This document shows, one piece after another, positions 37,771 to 51,647 of a stretch of 64,000 nucleotides of DNA; the stretch's first letter is position 1, and every line of letters begins with the position of its first letter. The DNA comes from Sphyrna mokarran (lineage: Eukaryota). Location: contig JAGIQG010000040.1 of NCBI GenBank assembly GCA_024679065.1, positions 6,820,001-6,884,000 of the forward strand. Direction: 5' to 3'. Under the pieces are notes generated by a model, which was given only the letters and a program-made list of their open reading frames with translations, searched no databases and had not been told where the DNA came from. Made by a program: the position numbers and the translations under genes.

Positions 37771-39715
37771 AGAACATAGAACATAGAACAATACAGCACA
37801 AACAGGCCCTTCAGCCCACGAGTTGTGCTGATCACATCTACCAATCCACAGACCTATCTATAACCCTCTATTCTATTCTTTTCCATATACTCATCCAGAA
37901 GTCTCCCAAAAGACCCCAGTGAGTTTGCCTCAACAACTTCCGACGGCAGTCGGTTCCATTCACTCATCACTCTCTGAGTGAAAAACCTACTCCTGACATC
38001 TCCTTTGTATTTGCTTCCCTGCACCTTAAATCTGTGTCCTCTAGTAGTGACCATTTCAGCTCGGGGAAACAGTCTCTGAGAGTCCACCCTATCTATTCCT
38101 CTCAACATTTTATAAACCTCTATCAGGTCGCCTCTCAACCTACGTCTCTCCAGTGAGAAGAGTCTCAGCTCCCTCAACCTATCTTCATAAGGCCTGCCTC
38201 CCAATCCAGGCAGCATCCTTGTAAATCTCCTCTGAACCCTCTCAATAGCCTCTACATCCTTCCTATAATGAGGCGACCAGAACTGCGCACAATACTCCAA
38301 CTGGGGTCTGACAAGAGTCTTATAGAGCTGCATCATTACTCCTGACTCCTAAACTCTATTCCTCGATTAATGAAGGCCAGTACACCGTACGCCTTCTTGA
38401 CCACTTCCTCCACCTGCGAGGCCGACTTAAGAGTCCTATGGACCCGGACCCCGAGATCCTTCTGCTCTACAACACAGCTAAGACTCCTACCCCTTATAGA
38501 ACATAGAACATAGAACACTACAGCACAAACAGGCCCTTCGGCCCACAAGTTGTGCCGAACACATCAAAACCTACCCAGCCATAGACCTATCTATAACCCC
38601 CAATCCCATTGGATCCCATATACTCATCCAGAAGTCTTTTAAAACACCCCAGCGAGTTCGCCTCGACCACCACCAATGGCAGCCGATTCCATTCACTCAC
38701 CACCCTCTGAGTGAAAAACTTTCCCCTAGCATCCCCTCTGTACTTGCTACTTATATTGTACTCCTTCATCCCATTATTCCAAAATGGACCACTACACATT
38801 TATCCGCGTTGAAGTCCATCTGCCACTTCTTCGCCCAGTCTTGCATCTTGTCTGTTGCATCCTGGAGTTTAATGTGGAAAAGTGTGAGGTAATGCACTTT
38901 GGCAAGAATAATAAATGTGTAGAGTGTAGGGCTAATGGTAGGATTCTTAATAGTGTTGATGAACAGAGGGATCTTGGTGTATTTGTGCATAGATCCCTGA
39001 AAGTAGGCAGTCAAGTCGATAAGGTTGTTAAGAAGGCATACGGAGTTTTAGCTTTTATTGGTAGGGGGATTGAATATCGGAGCCGCAACGTCATGTTGCA
39101 ACTGTACAAAACTCTAGTGCGGCCGCACTTGGAGTATTGTGTGCAGTTCTGGACCCCACATTATAAGAAAGATGTGGAGGCATTGGAGAGGGTACAGAGG
39201 AGGTTTACCAGGATGTTGCATGGTATGGAGGGCAGGTCTTATGAAGAGAGGCTGAGGGATTTGAGGTTGTTTTCGTTAGAAAGAAGGCGGCTAAGAGGAG
39301 ACCTTATTGGAACATATAAGATGATTAGAGGTTTAGATAGGGTGGACAGTGATAGCCTTTTCCCTAGGATGGAGAAAGCTAGCACGAGGGGACATAGCTT
39401 TAAATTAAGGGGTGATAGTAATAGGACGGATATCAGAGGTAGGTTCTTTACCCAGAGGGTGGTTAGGGAGTGGAATGCCCTGCCTGCGGCAGTTGTAGAT
39501 GCGCCAAGTTTGGTGGCGTTTAAGAGGATAGTTGATAAGTTTATGGAAGAGAAGGGAATGGTTTAGTTTGGAGGGTCATTGCTTTTTTCATAATTGGTCG
39601 GCGCAACATCGAAGGCCAAAGGGCCTGTTCTGCACTGTAATGTTCTATGTTCTATGTCTATGTCCCGCTGCAACTTTTGGCATCCCTCCAGACCATCCAC
39701 AACACCACTGATCGG
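37770..39715. mobile_element. Nested CR1 stack: minus-strand 3' ends (37770-38497, 38497-38750, 38751-38850) and a young plus-strand copy (38863-39660)
   Basis: ORFs 37854-38336(-) and 38784-39566(+); several TTCTATG tails; host resumes at ~39660. Confidence 0.9.
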
Positions 39716-40639
39716 TGATTATTAACATCATTAAATTAAATTACATCAAATAAAGATCTGACTTTCAACAATTCCAGACTCCAGGTAACATTTGTCCAAA
39801 AATATCTTTCCTTTACTTCAAACACGAATTTGATTTGCTAAACTTCCTGTGAAAGTCCTCTATAAAGTTCACTACATTAATGGAAATCTGGTCACTTTAG
39901 TCATAGGCGCTGCATGAGTGGAGCGCTGTTACTTTTCGCACAAAATTTAATGACGTTAATAATTAGTCAGATGTTGCTCTTGAATGCTTTCCCATTTGTA
40001 GATCATTAGTAAGGTCGGGAAAACATTGAGAATATTGTGATTAATAAATAAAATTTTAATTCAGTAGAGATTTTCGCAAAACAACGAACACACAAGTTTT
40101 GTGGCATCGAAGCAGGATGTGAATTCTAACCAAAGTGTCTGGGAAACAGAAATAATCACTTTCATATCGTTGTGCCACAGGTTATTAAGACAGTTAAGCA
40201 ATTAATGTTTCAATTTGAGGTATATTAATGAAAAGTCAGCAAATTATAATAAACATGTAAATCAAATTGTTTAGTCCACTGTTAAATAATTGTATGTAGT
40301 TCTATATGACATGCTACAAAATAAATGCAAACTGAGATATCGAAGATAGTGCAGAAAATATTTTCAAGGATGATATTGGAGTGCTTCAATTTACAATCCA
40401 GCTGGCTGCTAACAGCCTGCTTCACTTCTGTCTCCATAATGGTGAGGTAATACCGGACACTGAATAAAGGAATGTTTCAGAGACTGTACAGAGGAAATGT
40501 TTTCTTTGTAAGAAAGAGCATTATTCGAGGCCGTAAATATAAAAAGGATCAGCAAGAAGTCGAACTTAGACTTCGAATGAAACTTATTCAATCGAAGAGT
40601 TCTGAGACGGCAACATTCGCTACTCTGAATTTGAATTGA

Positions 40640-43600
40640 ACTTAATATTGTGTTTCAATGGAATATAGACAGTGAATCTATGCAAAAGGGTTGCACTGTT
40701 AGAAGTAGGAAGGATGACATAAGAATAAACTACAGTGAAACAAGGAAATGCCGCATGGACAGGTTAATAGTGGACAGGAAGTGACAGAGATTTTAATGAC
40801 ACATGAATGACCTTCAACCACTGTACATCCCTCTCTAGCGTATGAGGAAAACGGAGAAGATGGTTCAACCGTGGATAACAAGGGAAATCAGGGATAACTT
40901 TAAAGTGAAGGAAGAGGCGTAATAATTGGCCAGCCAAAACAGCAAACCTGAGCACTGGAAGAACTTAAACATTCAGCAGAATAGGACAAGAGATTTAATT
41001 CAGAAGTGGAAAATACAAAAGGAGGGCATGCTTGTGGAAAACATAAAAGCTGACTGCAATAGTTTCTATAGGTATGCGAAGAGAAAAAAAATAGGCTGTT
41101 GGAGGCAAAAGGTGGGTCCTGCGTTAGAATCAAGTGAATTCACAGTGGGCAACAGAGAAATGACAGAACATCCTAACAAATACTTTGCAGGTGTATTAAT
41201 TGAGGAGGACACAAAAAAATTTCCATAAATACTCAGGGAGGTGGAGTTCAGCATGAAGGAGGAGCTGAAGGAAATCGATATTAGTTAGGGAATCATATTT
41301 TGGAACTTCCTGGAATTAAAACCCGAAAGATTCCAGGGCCTGATGTTCTGAATCTCAATGAACTTATTGACATGGCGCTAGAAATAGTGAACATCCTGGT
41401 GATCATTTTCCAGCATTCTATAGATTCTGGAAGAGTTCAAATAGATTGAAGGGTAGTTAATGCTGCCTCACTTTTTCAAAGAGTTGGGAGAGAGCAAACG
41501 GGGAATTATGGTTTAGCCTGACATTGGTGATGGACAAAATTCTGGCATCAGTTATTAAGGATGCAACAACTGAGGGATTTGGAAAGCAGTGATAGGTTGT
41601 CTCCAAGTCAGCGTAGATTCACTAAAGGAAAATCATGCTTGATAAATCTTGTGTGTGTGTTTTTGTTTAAAGACGTGACTTGCAGAGTGTACAAGGGTGA
41701 TCCAATGGATGTTATGTAGTGGGATTTCCAAAAGACATTGACAAGATCCCAAACAAGAGATTAGTGAGCAAAACCAAAGCTCATGGTTTTGGGGGTAATA
41801 TGGACAGACAATTGGTTGTTAGACACAAAACAGAGAGTGGGACTAAACAGCTCTTTTTCAGAATGGCAGGTATTGACTCATGCACCACATGGTTCAGTGC
41901 TGGGACCCAACTATTTACAATATGCACTAATGAGTTGGACAAAGAAATTTGGACAATGAAAATAGGTTAAGGAGCTAGGTCTCTTCTCACTAGAGAGACG
42001 AAGGTTGAGAGGCGATCTGATAGAGGTTTATAAAATGTTGAGAGGAATAGATAGGATGGATTCTCGGAGGCTATTTCCCAGAGCTGGAATGGTTGCTACA
42101 AGAGGACACAGTTTTAAGGTGCTGGGCCGCAAGTACGGAGGAGATGTTAGGGATACGTTTTTCACTCAGAGGGTGGTAGGTGAATGGAATTGGCTGCCAT
42201 CGGTGGTGGTCGAGGCGAACTTGCTGGAGTCTTTTAAAAGACTTCTGGATGAGTACATGGGATTAAATGGGATTGGTAGTTACAGATAATTCTATGGCCT
42301 AGTAGAAATGGGTCTGATCAGCGCAACTTGTGGGCCGAAGGGTCTGTTTGTGCCGTAATGTTCTGTGTTCTAAATTCAATGCAATATCTTCAAACTTGCA
42401 GAACACATCAAACTTGGTGACGATGTGTGCGCTATGAGGAGGATGGTAAGATGCTGCAGGTTAACTTGGGCAGGCTGACTTAGTGGGTAAATGCAACATA
42501 ATGTGGATGTCTGTGAGATTATTCAGGCTGGTGGCAAAAACTGGAAGGAAGTAGCTGAATGGTGATAGTTTAGGAAAAAAAGGAAGAGCAGCACAGTCTG
42601 GGTTTCATGGTAGAACAGTTGCTGAAGGTTTGTACACAGGCACAACAGGCCTGTTTGTACACAGGCATGCTGGCCTTCATAGAAAAGCAATTTGAGTAGA
42701 GGAGTAGGGATGACTTACTGCAGTTATACAGAGCCTTGGGTAGGCCATATTTTGAGTATTGTGTGCAGTTTCGATCTCCTAGTCTGAGGAAAGACATGCT
42801 TGCTATTAAGGGAGTCCAGCAAAGGTTTACCAGACCGATTCTCCAAATGGCAGGATTGATATATGAAGAAAGTCTGGATCAACTGGACTTCTACTGACTG
42901 GAATTTAGAAGAATAAAAGGGGGTCTAATGGAAATGTATCAAATCAAATGGGTCTGGGCAGGCCAGATGCGGGAAGAATGTTCCCATGTTAGGAAGTCCA
43001 GAACTAGGGAACACAACCTAAGACAAAAAGATATGGCATTCAGGATTGAGATGAAGAAGAACATCTTTCATAGAGTCATAGAGTCATAGAGTTTTGCAGC
43101 ATGGAAACAGGTCGTTTGACCCAACTTGTCCATGCCTCCATTTTTTAAACCCCTAAACTAACCCCAATTGTGCGTTTTTGGCCCATATCTGCCCCCTCCG
43201 CCAAACCCATCTCACCCATAAAATGGTCTAAATGCTTTTTAAAAGACAAAATTGTACTCGCCTCTACTATTACCTCTGACAGCTTGTTCCAGACACTCAT
43301 CACCCTCTGTGTGAAAAAAATTGCCCCTCTGGACGCTTTTCACCTTAAACCTATGCCCTCTAACTTTAGACTCCCCTATCTTTGGGAAAAGATGTTGACT
43401 ATCTAGTTGATCTATGCTCCTCATTATTTTAAAGACGTCTATAAGATCACCCCTTAGCCTTCTACGCTCCAGAGAGAAAAAAACCTCCCAATCTATCCAG
43501 TCTCTCCTTATAACACAAACCATCAAGAACCGGTAGCATCCCAGTAATTCTTTCTGCACTCTTTCTAGTTTAATCTTATCCTTTCTCTAATAGGGTGAAC

Positions 43601-44170
43601 TGAACTGTACATAGTACTCCAAGTGTGGCCTTACCAATGTCTTGTACAACGTCAACAAAAGTCCCAACTCCTGTATTCGATGTTCTGACCAATGAAACCA
43701 AACATGTTGAATGTCCACTTGTTGACTCCACTTTCAAGAAGATATGAACGTGTCCCCTAATTCCCTTTTTTCTGTAACTCTACTTAATGCCCTACCATTA
43801 AATGAGTAAGTCATGCCCTGGTTCAATCTACCAAAATGCATCACCTTGCATTTTGCAAAATTAAATTCAATCTGCCATTCATCAGCTCATTGCCCCAATT
43901 GATCAAGATCCCATTGCAATTGGAGATTATTAGAGATAATCTTTATTCAGAGTTATGAACCTGTAGAATTATCTACCACAGAACGCTGTTGGGGGCAGTT
44001 CGTTAGAAATATTCAAGACGGAGTGCACGTGACCCTTCCGACTGAAGGAATCAAGGGATATGGAGGGAAAGCGGGAGTTGGCCACTGAAAGTGCATGAAA
44101 GATAATATTGAAAGATGATGCAGGCGAAGAGCCAAATGCCCTACTCCTGCAACTATTTTATATGCTTTTT
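40640..44170. mobile_element. Long decayed CR1 (+) with nested CR1 3' ends (~41950-42375 +, ~43070-43925 -)
   Basis: Scattered RT and C-terminal motifs (FYRYAKRK, RGDLIEVYKML, ERRRLRGDLI); boundaries approximate. Confidence 0.75.
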
Positions 44171-47100
44171 AGGCTGATTGGTATCAATAAATTGTCCCTG
44201 AACTGGATCTCCCTTAATCTGGCGCACATATAATTCCTTAAATGCGCACCCCCTTTATTGTGGAGTTCCACTAGAGGTAGATAAAAACGTCGATGATCGA
44301 CGAAAGACTTGAATAAAACACTCACTGATGCTAAATTGTTGCGCGGACTTGATGGGCCGAAGGGCCTATTTCCTGTGCTGCGCTATTGTTTGTTCTATGC
44401 GTAGTTGGAAACGGACTTCCTCCTCTGCCGTTCATAACCCTTCAGCATTTTGAGCATACATACATTTACTATACTTGCAGGGAAAACATGTGACTTAATC
44501 TCTCTCGAATTTACCTGCTGTAGTGTTGGATGCACATTTTTAAATCCTGTATTTACCAATGAAAATTTGTGATCCCTCCTGTACCACTTATTGTGACACG
44601 TTCCCCTTCGGACATTGATATGCAAATTTCGAAACTGTCGTCCAAGTCATGAATAAATATAGTGGATATTTGAAACACCTGTGCAGATTCCTGGCATTTG
44701 TAAAGTTCTGTAAATCTGAATCTATAACATTTATCCCAACTTCCTCTATCCTTCTTTATGCAACTTATTTTCTGAGCTTAGTTGTGGAAGATTATGGAAC
44801 GACTACAGATTCCCTTACAGTGAACATTGTGGGACACACTAATCTCTACCCACTGGCATAATCCACAAACAAATCAAAGAGATTAGTAACATCTCGCATA
44901 CGCTTAACACAGAAATCTGGACCCTCGTCATCTGACGTATAATAAGTCTGTGTAAACTCAGCCAAACACATGTTACATCGTTGAGAGGGAAAAAAATAGA
45001 ATTTGGAATAACGAAGTGTTAAATGTAGGAGGATAACTATACTTGCGATTCGAAGCAGAATTATGGACATAGGTTTTACTAGGAATGCATGCTACGATTT
45101 TCGAATACTTTACTGAATTAAAAACAATCTGCACAAAAAAATCTTCACGTACAATGTTCATGGATAATGAAGCTCACCTAATCTTACATTGGCCAGGAAT
45201 TTTCAGCTAAGCATCAGGTGCCGAAACATTTAATTCTACCATTTCAACATTAGGCTACCTATGGTATTCTTACACTGCTGCCCTATGAATAAGGTTGTGC
45301 GGGAAAAAAACTATGATTGATGCGAAGAACTGCTGCAAAATTCCAAATTTCAGAGGGATCTAATTGTTCTGGTGCATGAGCCCCAAAATCTATTAATTAA
45401 GAAGACGAAAGCAAATGCATAATTTAACAAGAGAGGAAATGAACTTACAAATAACAAAGATATTATGCTTCAATTATACAGGCATTGGTGAGATTGCGTT
45501 CTGGATAATGTGAGTAGTTTTCGTCTTCTTATTTACACAAGTACATAAAAGGGCTGGAACAGATTTCTGCATCTATTCCTGCAATGAAATGGGTTTTCTT
45601 ATGAGGCTAAAGTCGAAATAATATATTTGTTTTCAGTGGGGTTTAGAATTGCGGGTTGTGACCTGGTTGAAGTACTTACGATTCTAAATAGCATTGACAC
45701 AGTAGACATGGAAAAGATGATATTCTGAGTCTTATGGGTGAACCCATAACTAGAGGGCCATCGTTTTCAAATTAGTGGTCTGCTTTTTTGGGACAGCAAT
45801 GAAGTGATTATTTTTCTATTTGCAGCTTTGGAATTCTCTGCTCAGAAAGGAGAGGAAGCCAGGTATTTGAATCTATCCAAGGCAGAAGTTGATAGATTAT
45901 TGTTCGGAAAGAGGCCAATAGTCATGGGAACGTGGCATTTAAAACACAAAGAGATTTACCAGCATATTGTCCAGTGGTGGAACAGGCTCGAGGGATTGAA
46001 TTGTCTACCTCTGCTCCTGTATCATAACGTGCTTCAAGAACGTGATTTAACACCCATAGATATTAAAGATCAAAGTATTATCACAGTCAGAGTGCCAAAA
46101 CAAAGTTAAGAGAATGGCAGAGGAAATCCAGAAATTTCAATTACAGTAATTCATTCGAAAAATTCCCGTACACTGATCGTGTACGGATCTTGTTCAACAA
46201 GAATGGAGAGGTGTAAAAGTATCCATCTCTAACCTCAATATGATGTCTACCTGTGCATTCCAAAATAAAAAGTCCCAGAATTTGTCTGGAAGTAATGCAT
46301 GTTTACTTCTGACAGCAGAAATTAACTTAAGACTATTAGAAACAGGAACAGAAGTAGGCCATTCTGTTCTTCATGTCTGCTTAATCATTTAATAATATTA
46401 AAACTGATTTACCAGTTACACAGTCCTCGTTCCTGTTTTATCTCTGTCACTCTTAATTCCCACACTTATTTAGAACCTATCAATCTGAGCCTTGGAAATG
46501 CTCAACTATTAAGTTTCCGCACCTTCTTGGGGTAAAGAATTACAAATATTCACGACCTTTTGAGACAATAAATTCTTTCCCAACTCCGTCTTTCATGATC
46601 ACAACTTTATCCTGTAACAATATGCTCTTATCCTCTACTCTCCATGAGTGCAAATATTCTCTGAAAATTTACCTCGCCAAACCCGCTAAGAATAATTTTG
46701 TTTCTTGAGTTCTGTTCGGGAGATCAAAGATTACTAGCGAGTCCGCACGTCTTCCATTTATCAATCAACCCAAGCTTAACGTGGATGTTGACATAGTTCT
46801 TGAACGAAACATTAAACATCTTGGTAAATTTTACTGATTCACAGCTTTAATTCTGAAGATAATTCATTCGATAATTTTTTTCTAAATTTAATACGTACCT
46901 TTGACACCTCCTAACAATTGAACACTCATTTCTTTTTCTTTCATCCAGCTTTTCCTCCTTTTCAATATTTTAAAACATTCTTATTGTATCAACCCGTACT
47001 CAAATTTATTTCGTAGGAATTTGAACAATTCACTTATTTGTTTATTTGTATCTATTTAACCTCTTGCTTGTGAAATCTCTGATGAACGAGAGTGACAGCA

Positions 47101-49270
47101 GTTTGACTACGTTGCAGAATAAACACTTTTACAGCTGGCCTAATAATAGAGAGGTCATTAAAAAAACACCATAACAGCTTTCGAGTTCAAAAAATTTAAA
47201 TTAATAAATCTGGAACTAAAATTTGAATGCTGACCATGAAGATGCACAATTGTCAAAAATTATTCTTTTTAGGGTACATTCTTCATTATGGAACAATATC
47301 TACTGTTCCGAACCGAAATCACTTGTAAAAAAGGCCAAAAATGCAACAATGTAATTTCCACTTAAGTTCAGGGCCACAGGGCCATCCTGCTCAGAAAGAA
47401 GCTCACGACAATTTATCATGTGTAGCGAGGGATAGACAATTAATACTGGTTTTCCCATAGACTATAAAACTATAAGTTATGTCTTGGGCAGTATTTAAAG
47501 CCTCAATCTCTACACCACGGTAACGGAACAAATGCCACTTAATCCTTCTGCTCATTCCGAACACCGAATAAAGTTCTATTTAGGATTCCATTCCTAGTAT
47601 ATGTATTTTTTGTCTACTCGCACTTTTAACATAATGAATGTCCCAACAGTTATCACCAGTTCCTTATGAAACAAATAATGGGACTGAGACAAATAAGGAA
47701 ATATTAGGTCAATTTATGAAAATACTGATAAAGAGGCAACATATAATAATTAAAATGGGAAAGCAAAGTCGCGCAGCAGACAAGTAGACGGCTTATATTG
47801 CAAAAATGGCGGAGCAATTAAAACTGGAGACTACAACTAGAGGCATGTACATTGTCAATGAGCGTTTGGCGTAGATTACAGTGATGTAAAAATCTGAAGC
47901 ATGGAAGGGTTTTGTAAACAAGGATGACAATATTGAAATTACCGGTGTTCTAGGAAAATGGGACCTTATGCGTGTTATGATGTGGACATTAGATGCTGAC
48001 ATCACCTTAAATTTACTGTGGGTATTGCGTGCGAGATCAGAATACGTTGAAATGATCGAATATAGAGGTAAGGGAGACAAAGATGAGGGGTCCATGCAAG
48101 GCGAGTTGAAATATACGTGAATCGAGCTGCTTTAGGGTTGCAAATAAGGGTCTTAGTGATATTGCAAATATGAAGTGGAGAACCCCTTAGTGATTTAGTT
48201 TATGATCGAAGTTGCAAAGAGACACTTTTAATGTAAACTTGCTGCATGGTAAAGGACACGGTCTGATGGGAAATAATCAGGGTTGATTAAAAAAAAATGA
48301 ATATATTGAGTAGACGAACATGGCCAAGAACAGATTCCTGTGGAATATTTTATTAACACATTTGCAATCGAACTGAGGCCTCTGTTTGCCCTTTCGGAAA
48401 GCAACTTCAGTGTCAAAGAGGCCATACGTGCAAAGATAGCCAGCAAAAGAGACAGAACATTAAGCAATTTGGAAAATCTTAGTAATTATGTTTTGGCTAA
48501 TATCTTTGCCGATTCTACAGTGGAAACCTATCAAAAGTGTTGGCACAATTCGAATGCACAATACAATATATAACTGAAAGTCAAACGACCACAGCAAAAA
48601 TGAGAAAGGTTTACTTCCAATAATGCAGTTAAAGAATTGCTACTTCATTCATATTGTTTGCTTGTCATCTTTTTATTTCAAGGCTGACATTTGGGCTTCA
48701 CTGATTCTACTTTCATGTATGGCCAGGTTGTTGAAAAGTGAAGAATAATTTGCAGAGACATCTTCGAAAGGACAATTCAAACACGAAGGGGAAAACAAGA
48801 ACAGCAGCAAACGGATCGGAAAAATGCGACTTGAACGTTTTCCTCCAAGCCACCCTGACTTGGAACCATGTCACTGCTCTCTCACAGTGATTGAATACAC
48901 ATAATATTATTAATCGGATCAATAAGAACTCTGTTCCTCGCAGCAGTTTATGTGCACCTGCCTTTATTTGTTTCAAGTGTATACGTTTACATAGGCGGAT
49001 CGCGACCACTTTCACATCCATGAGGTATGCTTTTCCTGCTGGCAACTACCACACCTCAGGGAATAATATTGTTTTCAATAAAAAAGGAAAATAAAACGGT
49101 GTGAATGGAAACAAACTCAACATGTTGGCAGTATTCTCTATAACTCTAACGGATTGTTCAAATTCATTGGATACAAATTCCAATAGCGTGAGTATGGATA
49201 TTATAGTCATATTGTAAGCTGTGGCACAGACTGAGCAATGCAGATTGATCATGTTCAATCACGCCGCCCT

Positions 49271-49304
49271 ATGCAAATTCACCCTGTCTCTTGAGGTTTA
49301 TAAA
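49271..49304 (+). promoter_or_regulatory. IgNAR V promoter: octamer ATGCAAAT (49271-49278) and TATA box TATAAA (49299-49304)
   Basis: Perfect Ig octamer 20 bp before the TATA box, 93-126 bp upstream of the leader ATG. Confidence 0.8.
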
Positions 49305-49396
49305 GTCAGTGCTGAACTGCCTACCGTTACACAGAGCACTCAGTGTTGAAGTCGAGTGATCGTCCTGCTGAGGTTTTCAGTGCTTGTGAAGAAACA

Positions 49397-49439
49397 ATGC
49401 ATATTCTCTGGGCTGCACTCCTTTTAACGTGGTTATCAA
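49397..49439 (+). CDS. IgNAR: IgNAR leader exon (MHILWAALLLTWLS)
   Basis: Hydrophobic signal peptide; phase-1 donor A|GTAAGT at 49440. Confidence 0.93.
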
Positions 49440-49579
49440 GTAAGTTTCTTTCAAAAGAAAAAATATGTGTCAACTGGATAAAATTGGGTGGCTGCGCATA
49501 CATTGTGGAAAATTCTTTGCCTTTAAGTTCTTGTATTGTTTCAGACAAATAATTCATTTCGTATCTTTTCTCCATACAG

Positions 49580-49853
49580 ATGCCTTCAGTACATATGTCG
49601 ATCAAACACCACGGACGGTAACTAAAGAAACAGGCGAATCTCTGACAATCAGCTGCATGCTAAGGGATAGTGGCTATAGCTTGGAGGGAACAAGCTGGTT
49701 TCGGAAAAATCCTGGTTCAACAGATTGGGAACGCATTACCATTGGCGGCCGATATTTTCAAGAAATCAGCAGGGGAAGCAAGTGGTCTTCTCTGCAAATC
49801 AAGGACTTAACAGTTGAAGACAGCGGCACATTTTACTGCAAAGCTCAAAAAAC
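49580..49853 (+). CDS. IgNAR: IgNAR variable exon (VNAR, germline, only the two canonical Cys; type IV/IIb-like)
   Basis: Acceptor ...CATACAG; YVDQTPRTVTKETGESLTISC...TSWFRKNPGSTDWERITIGGRY...LQIKDLTVEDSGTFYCKA, with the VNAR-specific FR2/CDR2 deletion. Confidence 0.97.
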
Positions 49854-49891
49854 CACAGTAATTAGGTTGAACTTTCAGTCGTACAAAAATA
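49854..49891 (+). other. V recombination signal (22-bp spacer)
   Basis: CACAGTA-22-ACAAAAATA. Confidence 0.9.
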
Positions 49892-50080
49892 TCGTCCGAT
49901 CTCTAATGAAGTTAACACAATTTTGTTCGCTCTTCTGGCTGAAACTGCATTTTAGCTGTGGAAACTATTTTGAAACGGAGACATTCGTAAATATCTGGTG
50001 AAGTTCCGGATCATAAATCCCAAGCATTTGAAATGTGAATGCGCAGTAAATGTATTCAACACCCAGATAAATAGAGAAGC

Positions 50081-50158
50081 TGTTTTTGAACGGCGCTAGA
50101 TCACTGTGCGGGACACTGCCACAGCAATCGAGAAGGCGGTTCCTGTCATACACAAACG
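50081..50158 (+). other. IgNAR: IgNAR D1 (coding 50109-50119, CGGGACACTGC) with 12-RSS and 23-RSS
   Basis: TGTTTTTGA-12-CACTGTG | D | CACAGCA-23-ACACAAACG. Confidence 0.92.
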
Positions 50159-50535
50159 ATCTACAGATTTATTTTCTTTAACACTGGAACAGTTTGACTG
50201 TTTCTCAACTGGTCTTGCGAGAAGTTATTAATGAATAATCTGGAGGTTTAACACGTTTAGTCGAAAGAAAACGATGAACAAAGGGACATTGTGATATTCT
50301 GCAAAGCCCGAGATTGCTCACAACAATAAGATAGAACTTCCAGTTCTGCAAGAGTACCTTCCGATCTCCCAATGAAGAGAAGACAATTTTATTCATCATT
50401 CTGGCTGAAACTGCATTTTAATTTGAAGCGGCCCACATTTACAATCATCTGGTGACAGTTCGAGGATCATAAATCCCAGCATTTGAAATGTGAATGCGCA
50501 GCAAATGTATTCAACACCCAGTCAAAGAGAGACGC

Positions 50536-50620
50536 TGTTTTTGAACGGGGCTAGAACACTGTGTGCATACTGGGGTGCTGTCACAGCAATCGAGAAGCCG
50601 GTTCCTGTCATACACGAACT
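50536..50620 (+). other. IgNAR: IgNAR D2 (coding 50564-50581, TGCATACTGGGGTGCTGT) with 12-RSS and 23-RSS
   Basis: TGTTTTTGA-12-CACTGTG | D | CACAGCA-23-ACACGAACT. Confidence 0.92.
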
Positions 50621-50978
50621 ATCTTCAGATTTGTTTTCTTTAACACTGGTCTTGTAGGAAGTTATTAATGAATAATCTGGAGATTTAGCACGTTTAGTCG
50701 AAAGAAAACAATAAAAAAATCACAGTATGTTCTTTAAAGCTCGAGATGGCTCCCAATATTAGGATTGAACTTGCAGTTCTGCAAAAGTATCTTCCGATCT
50801 CTCGATGTTTACAAGACTATTTTATTCGCTCTTCTGGTTGAAACTGTATTTTATCTGTGGATACTATTCTGAAACGGGGACATTTATAAAAATCTGGTAA
50901 CACTCCAGAATCATAAAACTAGCATTTGAAATATGGATTCGCAGCAACTGTATTTAACATCCAGACAAACAGAGAAGC

Positions 50979-51055
50979 AGTTTTCGAACGGGGCTACACC
51001 ACTGTGTGGGGGCTATCACAGCAATCGAGAAGACTGTTCCTGTCACACATAAACT
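50979..51055 (+). other. IgNAR: IgNAR D3 (coding 51007-51016, TGGGGGCTAT) with 12-RSS and 23-RSS
   Basis: AGTTTTCGA-12-CACTGTG | D | CACAGCA-23-ACATAAACT. Confidence 0.9.
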
Positions 51056-51647
51056 ACCTGTAGATTTGTTTTCTTTAACATTGGAACATTTTAACTATTG
51101 CTCAGCTGATTTTGCCGGAAATTACTAATGAATATTTTAGAAGGATAACACGTTTAGTTGAATGAAAACAATGAAAAAAAAAAAGAACATTGTGATGTGA
51201 AGGCAAGTCGGAGTAGACGTCTCGAACTGAGAAGCTTGGATGACTATACGTGACAAGTTTTTGCATTGATATCTGCGGCTGTGTGGCTGCATCTGCCACA
51301 TTAATGAATTATAGATTCTCTTAATACAAAAACTATCCTATACTCCTGAAGAAAAACAAACAGATTTTACTTTAAGTGGCTAAGCTAGCTCATGGTTAAA
51401 CAACTGCTATCTTCCTCAGACATCAATTGATGCATTGAAACATTTTCCCTGTCTATTTTGACAATTATGTTTATAAATATTTAAATCGCATTTATACCAT
51501 AGCACAGAGGTTTCTCCATGATTTGGACAAGTCCTCAGAAGGTGTAGACAGCTGCTCGGATCCCAGTATGAAAGGACCAATTTGCGACAATTTCCAATCG
51601 ATATTTTGGAACGATTGAAGCGTTTTCTGTGAAGGTTTGATTAATGG

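Noticed and set aside
49465-50001. 178-aa ORF as a single-exon gene
   Set aside because: It is intron plus V exon plus read-through into the RSS; the real V exon is 49580-49853.
49920-51200. CRISPR-like or satellite array
   Set aside because: The periodicity comes from the duplicated D cassettes of a vertebrate Ig locus.
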